Source: Eledone cirrhosa
Taxonomy: Eukaryota
Direction of reading: 5' to 3'
DNA length: 64,000 nucleotides
NCBI GenBank assembly: GCA_964016885.1
Contig: OZ024741.1
Coordinates: 118,668,001-118,732,000 of the forward strand
The position numbers were made by a program, and so were the translations under genes. Positions 1 through 15,867 of the stretch are shown one piece after another (within the stretch, counting starts at the first letter, position 1; each line of letters starts with the position of its first letter). The notes beneath the pieces are model-generated. The model was not told where the DNA came from, did no database searches, and was given only the letters and a program-made list of their open reading frames with translations.

Positions 1-100
1 TAGTTCCGGCTCTCTGCTCTCTGAGTTCAAATCCCACCAAGGTCAACTTTGCCTTTCATCCTTTCGAAGTCGATAAAAAAGTACCAGTCTTGTACTAGAG
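1..100 (+). mobile_element. tRNA-derived SINE fragment (main SINE family of the window)
   Basis: B-box-like GAGTTCAAATCCC followed by family core ctttgcctttcatcctttcg..gtcgataaaa..gtaccagt, which recurs more than 25 times in the window. Confidence 0.8.
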
Positions 101-159
101 TCGATTCTTCCTCTATATCTCTTTCTCATTTCCTCTCTGTCATTTCTTCTCTTTCTTTC

Positions 160-282
160 TCTGGAAGAGATCTGCTGTACTCAGACCTGGAGAGGGATGG
201 GTCTCCGCCAGGCTCAAAATGCCCAAGAATTGTCGTATATCAATAGGGCGCCCCTACGACTCTATCAGGAGTTACGAGACCC
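160..282 (+). repeat. Dispersed ~120-bp repeat (copies also ~16785-16895 +, ~55410-55490 -, ~57220-57335 +)
   Basis: Shared cctgg-agag-ggatggg-tctc-cgccagg hairpin, aaaat, and cccctacgact..aggagtta. Confidence 0.65.
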
Positions 283-1839
283 CACCCCCACCCCCACACA
301 TATATATGATTTAGTGTTAAAGAATAAAAACTAATGATACAATAAAACTATATTTTAAAATTTAAGCACCAGAGGGTGTGTGGCCCTAAGCTATAGCTTA
401 TAGGTAAGTCCAGCACTGCACACAACTTCTATCTAGCTATTTGGCAAATTATCCTTGTGAAGTATTGTTTAATACAATAGTGTTTCTACTCGCGGTACCT
501 GTAGAAATTCCATTTTTCTTTTTGAGAGGGTCCTCAAAGTACCCATCTCTAAACCATCAAGCTATCCAAGCCGGGGTTTCATGGTGTATAACTTTTCTAA
601 ATTCTCTTTTGATGTACAAATTTTGCACCCTAGGTCTGAGAACTCAGCCTTCATATTTCGCGTTGAGGAATTGGTTGAGTGTTAATCTCGCTCGGAGCAC
701 GTCGATCGCGATGTCTTTTCTAAATGTCTTATCTACTGTCCTGACTAACTCTCCCTCTACTCTATTTCTTTCTAGTGCTAGTCCTTTGCTAAATCTTATC
801 GATGCTTCACTGATCACCCCTTTCTATGTTCAAAGTTTTAATTATGTCTTTTGTTACACAGTTAATGTTGTTTAGAGCATGACATATGAATTTATTTCGT
901 ACTCCAGAGCTCGATACTCTTGCTTGACATGAGTCCCGAACTCTGCTGGCTTCAGCTAATTGTATTTACAATGTGAACCTCTCAAGGGTTATGGACTCCC
1001 AGCTATGAGTAAAAAGCCTCAATGCCGCGTGCGATCAAAACTAGGGAGTAAACCTTATAATAAATCCGGAGTAGGACCCCTAAAAGAGTCCGCTGTTCCG
1101 CTGAACATATATCCTGTTCTTCATACAGACTAACTGGTACCAAAAGCATCAGTTTGCATTCCTTTGGCCCAGAACAGTAAGACTAAAAGTGAGATTCTGA
1201 TACTTGACGAGTTCTTTATACACACAACCTAAGCTTTCGTCCCAGAGCTGTGGGTCCTAAACTTTTTTTTTTTTTTTACTAACGGCACAGATGATTAAAA
1301 CTTAGACCATAAAGAAATAAAACGGACCATCCAGCTTTGCTTCCCTCGCTACGGTCACCACCCTCACCCCATCCTTACCCACACAAACATCACCACCACA
1401 CCATTCACACACACCACCATTAGCCTCACACCACCACCACCACAACCCTCACCACCATCATTACCCTTACTCCTCACCTCTCTTACCAACATCACTCCCT
1501 TACCAACCTCACCGCCCTCACCACTGCCACATTCCTCACCTTCCTCGCTACCCTCACCTTCCTCGCTACCCTCACCCCCCATAAATACGTACAATAGATA
1601 AAAACCTTGCTGTCGATTGGTGTTGTGAGCAAAGGGGTGTGTAATACACGGTGGGTTGTTGGATTGGATTTCTGTCCGTGACCCAAATGTCTGATGTACT
1701 TATTTTATTGTTCACACGCACGCACCCCCCCCCCCCCACACACACATATTGCACACAAACATACATGTACATGTGCGTGTGTATATAGGTATATATACTT
1801 TTATGCATCTCTGTGTTTGTGCATGTGCAAATATTTATA

Positions 1840-3309
1840 TCTATACATATATATAAAACTGAAATTGTCTGTGTGTGTGTGTCCTAATGTTTGCAAAGTC
1901 TATACAAATCCACATTTCTACTCCGATTGACTTTAAACTTGCATTTATATATTCCTTGCGGCCTAAAGATATTAACTGCAGCTTTTATTTTTCAATTTTC
2001 TGTTGTTAAATGGGGTGTTAGGCGCCGGTTATCGATCTCTCTCTCTTTCTTAGTCAGTCATTTTAGATAGATACATATCTATAATGTCGCGCCCTTATAA
2101 TATCTGTCTGTATGTCTGGTTGTCTGCATTACGACATTATGACAAATATTGTTCTCATTGCTGACGTATTATCTTCGCTATTTTCCGTTCATTGCCAGGG
2201 AACATCTTCACGAACCAAAGTTTCGTCTTCCTGTTTTCCTTCGGTTGCAACGTTTTTCGAAATATTTACTTCTGCGTTCACAGATTGATTTTTTTTAGTT
2301 TCAGAAGATCCCGTTAAGGGTGAAAGCAACGATTCTTTGCTTAAACTTTAATCTGTTATTTTAATATATACATATATATATATCATTATATATTCGTGTA
2401 CAGATATTTTTGCATACACAAAAACAAAATATAAACAAACGTATTTATTTCACGAAAGCACAGACGGCTTTTCGTCATTGTTATTGCCGATATGCCACTC
2501 AAAAAGTCCCACGACTTTTGGCACAAGGTCAACAATTACATAGTCAACGGTTCGGAAATCACATGCATCACTGACGAGTTTACTCCTTACTCTACCAGTT
2601 AGTCTTAATGTACTTTGTCCTGCTTTTAGGTCATGCCTCAAAGGAAAAGATACTCCATTGGCCGAAATACTGCGAAAGCGGAAAGAAAAAGAACAAGGTG
2701 GGCAAACGAATCGTCAGTGGAATCTGCTATTCGACGGTCGCAAGATGCTGAACGTACTGCCACCAGAAAAGCACTTGAAACAGACAACCAACGAACCATT
2801 CGCCGAACCGTGTCAGCTTTGCAATGTCTATCAACAAATCCCAGGGTCAGACCCTAGCTGTTGCTGGTCTTCTTTTGGAAGAGTCATGTTTTTCATACGG
2901 GCAACTATACGTTGGCTGCTCAAGAGTGGGAAGCAAGACAAATCTCTTTGCATATGGCCGACACGGAAGAACAAGGGACATTGTGTACAAGGAGGTGCTA
3001 CAATCATTGGTTAGGTAGACGAGGCAGAATGGGATATACACGATTGGCTGAAGAAGGACGAGACTGTGTTAGTAGTTCGACCAACGGCTGCTATCACACA
3101 AACAGCAGCAAAAACAACAACAAAAAAGAGAGGGAACGCAATTACATGCTTTTGAAAATTCTTAATGGAAAATTATTTGCCTAAGCACAAAATGTAGACA
3201 CCATCCCCAGGCTGAGGTATTCCGTACTTCTCTGTACTGTTTCAGAAAGGAGGGATAAACATGTCAGTCTATGTTTAGAAGCCCGAGCAACGCCGGGCCA
3301 TTCTGGTAG
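1840..3309 (+). mobile_element. Internally deleted Helitron
   Basis: A|TC 5' start; 3' hairpin cccgagcaacgccggg then GTAG|T (CTAG variant); contains RepHel N- and C-terminal remnants. Confidence 0.8.
2633..3018 (+). pseudogene. Helitron RepHel remnant: basic N-terminus (MPQRKRYSIGR...) joined to PIF1 helicase C-terminus
   Basis: AMSINKSQGQTL...CFSYGQLYVGCSRV...VYKEVL matches PIF1 helicase motifs V/VI typical of Helitrons; the Rep domain is absent. Confidence 0.85.
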
Positions 3310-3313
3310 TATC

Positions 3314-3403
<90 letters not shown>

Positions 3404-3626
3404 TACACACACACATATATATATATATATAAAATACATACACATACACACATGTAGGCCTGTATATATTCATATATTCTTTACTTGTAACACTAACACA
3501 TACATACAGAAGTACATATACACAATAACACCTCCCCCACAAACAAAAACAACCAAAAATAAACCAATAAACTGTATCAGGAGAGAGAATGGTAAGGACT
3601 TGGTAGAAATGGTGAACACATAAGTA

Positions 3627-5310
3627 ATGGTGGTTGTTGTTACTGTCATGGTGTTGGTTCTTGTTGCTGATGTTGTGGTGGTAGTTGTTGCTGATGTTGT
3701 GGTGGTAGTTGTTGTTGTAGTGGTAGTTGTTGCTGATGTTGTGGTGGTAGTTGTTGTTGTGGTGGTAGTTGTTGCTGATGTTGTGGTGGTAGTTGTTGTT
3801 GTGGTGGTAGTTGTTGCTGAAGTTGTGGTGGTAGTTGTTGTTGTGGTGGTATTTGTTGCTGGTGTTGTGGTGGTAGTTGTTGTTGTGGTGGTAGTTGTTG
3901 CTGATATTGTGGTGGTAGTTGTTGTTGTGGTGGTAGTTGTTGCTGATGTTGTGGTGGTAGTTGTTGTTGTGGTGGTAGTTGTTGCTGATGTTGTGGTGGT
4001 AGTTGTTGTTGTGGTGGTAGTTGTTGCTGATGTTGTGGTGGTAGTTGTTGCTGGTGTTGTGGTGGTAGTTGTTGTTGTGGTGGTAGTTGTTGCTGATGTT
4101 GTGGTGGTAGTTGGTTTTGTGGTGGTAGTTGTTGCTGGTGTTGTGGTGGTAGTTGTTGTTGTGGTGGTAGTTGTTGCTGATGTTGTGGTGGTAGTTGTTG
4201 CTGGTGTTGTGGTGGTAGTTGTTGTTGTGGTGGTAGTTGTTGCTGAAGTTGTGGTGGTAGTTGGTTTTGTGGTGGTAGTTGTTGCTGATGTTGTGGTGGT
4301 AGTTGTTGTTGTGGTGGTAGTTGTTGTTGTGGTGGTAGTTGTTGCTGAAGTTGTGGTGGTAGTTGGTGTTGTGGTGGTAGTTGTTGCTGGTGTTGTGGTG
4401 GTAGTTGTTGTTGTGGTGATAGTTGTTGCTGATGTTGTGGTGGTAGTTGTTGTTGTGGTGGTAGTTGTTGCTGGTGTTGTGGTGGTAGTTGTTGTTGTGG
4501 TGGTAGTTGTTGCTGATGTTGTGGTGGTAGTTGGTTTTGTGGTGGTAGTTGTTGCTGGTGTTGTGGTGGTAGTTGTTGTTGTGGTGGTAGTTGTTGCTGA
4601 TGTTGTGGTGGTAGTTGTTGCTGGTGTTGTGGTGGTAGTTGTTGTTGTGGTGGTAGTTGTTGTTGTGGTGGTAGTTGGTTTTGTGGTGGTAGTTGTTGCT
4701 GATGTTGTGGTGGTAGTTGTTGTTGTGGTGGTAGTTGTTGTTGTGGTGGTAGTTGTTGCTGATGTTGTGGTGGTAGTTGTTGTTGTGGTGGTAGTTGTTG
4801 CTGATGTTGTGGTGGTAGTTGTTGTTGTGGTGGTATTTGTTGCTGAAGTTGTGGTGGTAGTTGTTGTTGTGGTGGTAGTTGTTGCTGGTGTTGTTGTTAC
4901 TATGATTGTTAGTGCTATTGTTACTGCTGTTGTTGTTGTTACTATTGTTGTTATTACTGTTGTTGTTGTTGTTATTGCTGTTGTTACTGTTGGTGTTACT
5001 GTTATTGTTGTTACTGTTGTTGTTACTGCTGTTGTTACTGTTGTTGTTACTGTGTTGTTACTGTTGTTGGTACTGTTGTTGTTATTGCTGTTGTTGTTAC
5101 TATTGGTGTTACTGTTATTGTTGTTACTGCTGTTGTTGTTACTATGTTTGCTGTTATTACTGTTGTCGCTCTTGTGGTGTTGATTATTTTGGGGGTTCTT
5201 GTGTTTATGGTAGTTGTGGTTGCTGTGCTGGTGGGTATAGTTGTTAGAAGTATTGTACTTGTTGTTATCGTTGTAGTGGTTGTTGTTGTTATTGCTGTTG
5301 CGGTTGTTTC
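3627..5310. repeat. GTT/GTG-based minisatellite (24- and 18-bp units) decaying into a degenerate trinucleotide tract
   Basis: Units gttgctgatgttgtggtggtagtt and gttgttgtggtggtagtt. Confidence 0.9.
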
Positions 5311-5380
5311 TTTACACTCTGTCTTTTGTTGCTTATCAGGAATAGCTTTTTTAATTATATATACATACATAAATTTACAT

Positions 5381-5477
<97 letters not shown>

Positions 5478-5779
5478 ATTATCTATTTGTTTGTTTATTT
5501 ATTTTTATTTATTTATATTTCATATTCATTTGTATATTTGTTTTAGTGGCCTGTTGTTCTCCTCTTTTTGTAGAGAGTGCAATAGAAATAACATCACTGC
5601 GGCTGTCCCCCTGCCCACTTCTGTTTAATAGAAAAACCAATGAAACGAATATCGAATACCTTTTGATCTTTCTCGGATCGATGACAGGACTTATTGAGCT
5701 CTTTCATAGACATAAAACACATACACACATACACCGCACACATGGTTACATGTACATGTATGTCTGTAATACATATATG

Positions 5780-5849
<70 letters not shown>

Positions 5850-6051
5850 CAAGTATGTGTGTGTTAATATGTGTGTATATATATGTATGCATATACACAC
5901 ACACAAATAAACACACACACAACACATAACACACACACACACACACATATATATATATGTGTATACAAAAGACCAAAAGAAATAAAGTAAACGACACAGT
6001 ACAATGGAGAAATATATTATTAGTTTTACGCTTGATAAAGAAGGAAAAGAG

Positions 6052-6087
6052 TCTCAACGTTTCGGGCGCTAGTCCTTCATCAGAAAA
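6052..6087 (-). ncRNA. Minimal type I hammerhead ribozyme (Penelope pLTR-like family, related to 63214-63249)
   Basis: Minus strand tttt-CUGAUGA-A-GGAC-uagc-GCCC-GAAA-CG-UU-gaga; palindromic stem III AACGUU; downstream ~80 bp similar to the 63.2 kb copy. Confidence 0.65.
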
Positions 6088-6291
6088 TAGAATGAGAAAT
6101 TAAAGAAGAAATAGAAAGTTAGAAGAGACTAGGCAGTGGCAGAAACGAAAAAAAATGTTCTTTGAGGAAAAAACAGATCTATTCAAGTTGTCATCTCTTG
6201 GAAAACTGTTGATTAAGCTAATCTTGCTTTAAAAGGCGCTGATCGAACACATCTAGCTGAAATATATATAATGCCATCCTTATCAGTGTGA

Positions 6292-6510
6292 GGGCGGTGG
6301 ATTGGCATAATCGGTAGAGCGTTGGACAACATGCTTTACAGCTTAGAGTTACGGTCCTTTACGTTCTGAGTTCAAATCCCGCCGAGAGTAGCTTTTCCTT
6401 TCATCCTTACGAGGTCGATAAAATGAAGCACCAGTGGTGCACTGGGGTCGATTTAATCGACTTTCCTCTCTCCCCAAATTGCTGGCCCTGTGCCTATAGT
6501 AGAAACAATT
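6292..6510 (+). mobile_element. Full-length tRNA-derived SINE
   Basis: ggcggtggattggc head, B box gttctgagttcaaatccc, tail gctggccctgtgcctatagtagaaacaattat. Confidence 0.85.
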
Positions 6511-6569
6511 ATCAGTATGATGTACCAGCTAGACTCTGGCAGTCTCTGAGATGAAAATCTCCCGTTTGG

Positions 6570-8160
6570 TTTAGGACTGAACTCCCGCTGATGATATGTT
6601 ACGTCAGTCCTAGTTGTGTAATATTTGTAATTTTTTGATATATTTGCTGATGTAACTGTTGTGTAAGTGCTTATGTTCCTACCATGCCATATACTGAAGA
6701 ATGAGTTGATCATTTCTCTCACGAACTTGGACATGTGGTGAGAAACGTTCTCCCTGCTGACAAATTTGTATTCATGGGTGGTTTCAAATCAAGGTGGGAT
6801 CAGATTTTGCGATGTGGCCTGTTTTAGGCCTGTTTTAGGCCTGTTTTAGGAAGTTTAAATAGAAATGGTGTTTCACTTCTCACCTTTTGTACTGAACATA
6901 AACTCATGATAACTAACATCCCCTTTTCAGTAGAGAAATAAGTATAAAACAACATGGTTGCACCCACGGTCTAAGGATTGGCACTTAATTGACTGTATCC
7001 TAGTTAAGAAACGAGATATAAGAGATGTATGTAGTGTGCGTGTCATTAGAGGAGCAGAATGCTAGACTGATCACCGTATGGTCAAGGCTAGGCTCAATCT
7101 ATATATAGCACCAAATGTTAGACACGCTGGAATCTAGGTGTCAAAGAAATTTAATGTATTCATTTCCAAGTCTCCTCCTTTGTGTCCTCCAACACTTTCT
7201 TAGTGCATTGGAATCTCAATGTACCTTGGAATGATATTTAAACAAACGTGTATAAAGCATCATCCAAGTCACTGGGTTTTAAATCAAGATCTAATGACTG
7301 GATCACAGATAACAACACTGCTATACGTCACCTACTCAAGGTGAAACAAGACTTGTGTCAAAAACCTCTCTCACAACAATCAATTTAAATTCTAATCCAC
7401 TCTTTAAGGAACTTAAGAGTAAGGTTCAGAATGTTCTGAGGAGCTCTAAGGAGCAATGGTGGCATGAAAAAGCCAAGCAGGTGTAGAAAGCAGCAGATTG
7501 CAGAGATTTCAAAACATTTTTCTCATTTGTAAAAGACGTTTGTAGTTCACAATCATCTTCAATCGCACCTGTCAGATCTGCTGACTGTCAAACTCTCTTA
7601 ATCGATGTTGTGTCCATTCAAAATCGGTGGGTGAAACACTTCTCAAAGTAGCTCAATTGATCTTCTAATGTGGACTTGTCTGTTATTGAGTCTCTTGGAA
7701 ATCTCCCCGTGATTGATGATATGACATTAGAGCCATCTAGGAATAACACTGAGTTAGCTGTAAAAAAGTTGAACAATAATAAAACTCCTGGAATGAATAG
7801 TATAAATGCGGAGGTTTTGAAGTATTGAGAAAAAGCTGGATTTTTTGCAAATAGTAATAGCTCATTATGGGAGAAGGAGGAAGTGCCGTAAGAGTTGATA
7901 AATGCTGTTTTGGTAACTCTTTAAAGTTCTGGCCCGTATACTTTTTGAACATTTAAATGCCTTTATTGTTCTGAGAGCTGTGTCGGTGTCTCAATGTGGT
8001 TTTTATGAAAAAAGAAGCACTAATGATATTTTTCTCACAATCAGGCAATTGAAAGAAAAATGTGTTGAACAGAACCTCACCCTCTATCAAAGCTTTCGAT
8101 ACCACGAACAGAAATGCTTTGTGGCTGGTTTTGCTCAAATTTGGATATCATCAAAAATAA
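6570..8160 (+). mobile_element. Decayed RTE-clade LINE (APE endonuclease to start of RT)
   Basis: TWLHPRSKDWHLIDCILV (~6950-7010), GAEC*TDHR, and QCGF..KRSTNDIFLTIRQLKEKCVEQN (~7990-8080); many stops and frameshifts. Confidence 0.8.
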
Positions 8161-8165
8161 TGTGT

Positions 8166-8289
<124 letters not shown>

Positions 8290-8494
8290 CGTTTCTGAAT
8301 TTGTTTAGCAAGATTCTTTATCTGAAAACGTGTGTCGAAACCGATATTGTTATACTTTGGGAGGGTCATGTTGCCAATAAGAAACACACGCACCAGTTGC
8401 TTTCACTCCAATTTATTATAAATTAAATTATAAATTTAAAAATTTATAAATTTCCGGTTGGTTGGTTCCACAACCGGACGGTTGTTCATATATT

Positions 8495-8537
8495 GTCAAA
8501 GTTATTTCGTCACACATTCTGTGACCTCTTCAGTGAC
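8495..8537 (-). ncRNA. Minimal type I hammerhead ribozyme in a ~300-bp pLTR-like segment (8290-8580) between TA tracts
   Basis: Minus strand guca-CUGAAGA-G-GUCAC-agaaugu-GUGAC-GAAA-uaac-UU-ugac; AATAAA downstream. Confidence 0.7.
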
Positions 8538-8578
8538 TAGGGATTCTTTTCTTGTTTTGTGCCTCTACTTTGTTCTGT

Positions 8579-8744
<166 letters not shown>

Positions 8745-8982
8745 TATATTATATATAATTGATTATTTGTCTAGTTAATTTCTACAGGCTAAGAGGAAAG
8801 GCTAGATAAATGTTATCTGACTGTTCCTCGCGGAAAATAGTCTGTATCATTTGTCTATTATTTCTTCAAAGTTACATTTTAAGCTTATAGCCCCGTTTAA
8901 ATGATTATTTATCGAGTTGATTTCTACGGACTAGGGTGAAGAAAGACTGGATATATTTTATCTAATAATTCTTCAAACTTGC

Positions 8983-9030
<48 letters not shown>

Positions 9031-9036
<6 letters not shown>

Positions 9037-9565
9037 GGAATAGAATGAAACGAAATGACATTTCTCACTCTTAATACGGCAGTTACTTAAATGTAAGTAT
9101 GTATGTATACATACATACATATATGTATACATACATACATATATGTATGCACACATATATACATACTACTGTACGTCTGTATACATATATGTATGTACGT
9201 ATACATACATACATACTTACATTTAAGTAACTGCCGTACTAAGAGTGAGAAATGAAATTTCGTTTCATTCTATTCCATTTATCGTTTTCGGTGCGCCCAG
9301 CCGACTAAACTCACTCGATATGCAAATTAGGCTGCTCAGCCATTAATATGCATAAGGAAAGTATATACTTTCAGACGTTCAACCATCTGGCAGGAAGGTA
9401 TACGTTGCTGACAATAGCTAATAGGCTTGAAACTAGTACATCGTTCCTGTGTCAGTGTTGAACAAAAAGGTGACGTGGCTGCCTAAACACTGTACGGCGT
9501 AATTCGGGCTGTTTGTTTGTTTACAAAAAGCCGAGCATTATAATAGATGTTCGGTAAACCGATAC
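9031..9565 (+). mobile_element. Retrozyme-like element (same family as 50702-51630) with inverted 5' duplication
   Basis: 9031-~9110 is the reverse complement of ~9200-9282; 9200-9560 matches 50.7-51.6 kb reversed; hammerhead at 9402-9444 with mutated core CUGACAA. Confidence 0.75.
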
Positions 9566-9656
9566 ATGCATGTATATATGTGTGCATGTATGTATATATA
9601 TATATACTACTGTACGTCTGTATACATATATGTATGTATGTATACATACATAGATA

Positions 9657-9793
<137 letters not shown>

Positions 9794-10219
9794 GCGCAGA
9801 CACCCCACACGCACATTTCACAGTACACTTTTGCCATGTCTGTCGGCATCTAAAGTTAAACTCATATCAAAACCTATGCTTATACATGACCGGATATCTT
9901 ATACATACAGAAAATACATCGGGTTTAGATACACGAATATGACTGTATATATAGCAAACTGAAGTCGTTAGAGCACAGGATGGAATGCCTAGCATATATA
10001 TATACATACACAGGAAGTCTTCAATGTTCAGTATGAAATCGACATTATATCTCCGTTAGTTAAGATACATTTCAAAACGATTCCTCGCTAGCTAGCTAGA
10101 TAGATAGATAGAAACGCATTGGATAACGAAAGACGCATTAACTCGGCTTATTTTTCCTTCTGTGCTTACTTTCCCTGCCTCTATCATTTTGAAGTATGTC
10201 TTAAAGAACGTAAATATAA

Positions 10220-10950
10220 TTGTTTCTACTTTTGGCACAAGGCCAGCAATTATCTCAGTGTATTACTGGTACTTTATTTTATCAACCCGGTCAGGATGAA
10301 AGGCAAAGTAAACCTCAGCGGGATTTGAACTCAGACCGTAAGGGGCCGTAACTCTATGCTACAAAGCATGGCGTCCGGCCCTCTACCGATACTGCCAATC
10401 CAAGCCAGTGGGATATCCAGCATGATACAGTGCGTGACAAGGCTGGCCCATTGAATTGGTTTCTGATTCAGGCATAAGGCCAACAATTTCTGGGTGAGGT
10501 GGAAATTCGATTAAATCGACCCTTGTGCATTACTATCGACCCCGTAAGGATGAAAGGTAAAGCTAACCTGGGCAGGATTCGAACTCAGATCAGAAAGGGG
10601 CGTAACCCTATGCCGTAAAGCATGTTGGCCGACACTCTACTGATGCTGCCAATCTACAGCTGACCCATTGAATGAATTAGTACAAATAATTTTCTCCCAC
10701 TTGATTGAACTGGCGCAGCATGTAATAAAGAGTGTTGCACTCTGGGTCATAGGCAAGTAGTTCTAACGTATAAACATTGTTTCTACTTTTGGTACAAGGC
10801 CAGCAATTATCCCAGTGTATTACTGGTACTTTATTTTATCGACCCCTTAAGGATGAAAGGCAAAGTTAACCTCAGTGGGATTTGAACTCAGACCATAAAG
10901 GGCCGTAACTCTTTGCTGCAAAGCATGGCATCAGACCCTCTACCGAAACA
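10220..10950 (-). mobile_element. Cluster of three or more SINE copies
   Basis: Reverse-complement SINE core repeated at ~10220-10400, 10455-10660 and 10778-10950. Confidence 0.85.
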
Positions 10951-11737
10951 TTAATATCATTGTCATTGGGTAAGTGACAGCCGGAGCTTCGACTATCTCC
11001 GAAACCACCCCCACACCACACCACACCACACCACACCACACCACACACGCACCCCCACACACACACACATACGCACATTTATAGATAAGCTTCATTACAT
11101 CTAATGAAGATGCCCCAAATTCATTCAACTCCAGTGAATATTTTAGCCTTGGCCAGGAGAATTTGGTGTCATCAGACGGAGGTGGGTCAGTCGTGATGGA
11201 TAAATCACTGCCCATTTGGTATCATTTGTTGATGAGTCAGCAATGGTGGCCAAATCACTACCCATTTCAGGGGCGGTGGAACTGGGGTGTATTTGTGTGT
11301 GTGTATGTGTTGGAGGCGGGGCTATATTTTCTCCCCAAACTGCCAAAACACACATCTATTTATATATGCGTTACCATTTATGTACACGTTTATCGCATAT
11401 CGAACTTTTCCGACCACTTTAGAGGGCAAAGAGCTAAACTAATCACTACAACTAAATTGTCCAAATTTGCATCCCCCATCCCCCACTCCAATTCAGAAAT
11501 GTTTCCACCATCCCTGTATTTGGTGTCATTTGTTGATGTGTCGGCAGTAGTGCTCATATCACTCCCCATTTTATTCTTCTGACTTAAGGCATATTTCATT
11601 TCTCCTGGTCGGTAACCAACATACTCACATGAATTGATAATCATTTTCATATTACAAACATTTCTCCCTTCATCAATAATTTGCTGTTTATTTATTTTTC
11701 TTCTACGTTATTTCAATTACAAAAGAGGAATAAGGTA

Positions 11738-11795
11738 GGCGGCCAGCCTACATCTCTTGTCTATATATATAGACAAGAGATGTAGGCTGGCCGCC
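11738..11795. repeat. Perfect 58-bp palindrome
   Basis: ggcggccagcctacatctcttgtctatat|atatagacaagagatgtaggctggccgcc; extends imperfectly to 11727-11806. Confidence 0.95.
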
Positions 11796-11809
11796 CACCT
11801 ACTTCCATA

Positions 11810-13870
<2,061 letters not shown>

Positions 13871-14252
13871 ACTACATACACATCCATCTAAATATGCCTA
13901 TTTATATAAATGTACACATACACCCCCTCCTCCACAAACGCGCATGCATACAGGTATATAATGTAAATATTGGGTTAAGATCATATTATTATATTTTTTT
14001 TATCTAAAAAGTATATGTGTGTTCATCTTCGGTAATCGATAAAGACAATAGGATTGGCTCTGTCATTGATTGGTGGTTTTATGTGTCTGATTTCAACCCG
14101 GAAACAACGACTAAATGTAAGGAACATGTTATGTGTGACTTCATTTTGAATGTTGTCGGACTGGGCTTTATAGGCATCGAAATTGCTTGATTCGTGGCTA
14201 TGGCAAATGAAACTTGCCAAATATGTCATGCAGTATAAGAGAGAGAGAGAGA

Positions 14253-14303
<51 letters not shown>

Positions 14304-14646
14304 ATGTAAAGGAAGAATCGATCCCAGTACTAGAATGGTTCTTTATTTATCGACACCGAAAGGCAAAGCTGACCTCGGTGTGCTTTGAACTCAGAGCTCA
14401 CAGAACTAAAAGAAATACTGCAAAGCATGCTTTTCAGTGTATTAATTACCAACTCCACCACTTCACCGGTTTGCGTATCACACTGTATAAATCTACATTC
14501 TATATACGTAACTATTATTCTGATGTTTGACCAAAGATGAAAGGTTTGTGTGTTTTTGTTATAATAGATATAACAAAACATTTACTCTTTTTAAGTTTGA
14601 TGGCTTATACGGCAAACTTCACACACATACTCACACAGACACGTCA

Positions 14647-14667
14647 TCTATATATATAACATTGAGG

Positions 14668-14702
<35 letters not shown>

Positions 14703-15295
14703 TGTGAGTTTGAATCCCTAAAACTCGAGAAGTACCCAACCGATTTTTTTCAAACTTTACATGTGTATTACTTATGTTTCAGGGAGTGTTGTTATGCACA
14801 TACAAAATTCAACTTTTTGATCCCCTAGGGAAAAACTGCCTTTTTTCCAGCTTTTTAGGGTTTTTTTGAGGCGTTACGTCAAACCGATTTCCTTGAAATT
14901 GTAACTATGTATTAATCAGTCTCTTCTCCATACCGTGAGCAAAGAAAATCCAACCTTTTTATAGCCTAGGGCCCGAATTAAGTGAAAAACTTCATTTTTT
15001 CAGCTTTTTAGGGCATTTTTGAGGCGTTACGTCTAGCCGATTTTTCCCGAAATTTCAAGGCATATTATGCACATAAAAAGAATTCATTTTCTTGATCCCC
15101 TAGGGCCCGCATTAGGTGAAAATCTGCATTTTTCCTGCTTCATCGAGGAAAATCTTAAAGATTATCCAGCCACCAGAGTATTCGGTTTATTTTCTTTACA
15201 TATTGTCTAGGCATGCAGTTTTTCCACGATTAGGTCTGTTGGCGGCCCACGTGCCAAAATACCTTATCCCGTGCAACACCGGGTACCACTGCTAG
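14647..15295 (+). mobile_element. Non-autonomous Helitron
   Basis: A|TCTATATATATAA start, internal subrepeats, 3' hairpin cccgtgcaacaccggg then CTAG|T. Confidence 0.85.
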
Positions 15296-15739
15296 TACAT
15301 CATAATATACCTCGTGTATTTGTATATATTTTTATTCTCCGTCTGTAACTCGACATGGCAAAAATGCCGGAGTGGGTTTAAAAAGTGTGAGAGCTGTAGA
15401 AAGTTAGAAAGAAATGAAGGATAAAATTGATAAAATTGATAAATTAGTATTGAGAATGGGAGTGTGTGTATGTATGTGTGTGTGTGCGTGTGAGAGAGGG
15501 GGGGTATAAGATTTAAAAATGAGACCGCGGTGGTGGGGTGGTGTAGGTGGTGGCGGGGGAAAGGTTAGACAGAGAAAGAGATGGAATGTGAAGTGAGATA
15601 GGAAAAAGATGGAGAATGCTGTTAAAAACCAACAAAAATCTTTGTTCTAGCATTTGACTTCTTAAAGTGGCCCATATCGAGCACTAAGGGTTCATTAAAT
15701 TTTGCTAGGGGTGAATAAAAACTTAAGGGTCCCCATGGG

Positions 15740-15829
15740 ATGATGGTGATATCAATGACGAGGATGATGATAGTGACGATGATGATGATGATGACCATGA
15801 TGATAGTGACGATGATGATGATGATGACC

Positions 15830-15867
<38 letters not shown>

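Noticed and set aside
6292-6385. tRNA gene
   Set aside because: A/B-box head of a SINE; no cloverleaf
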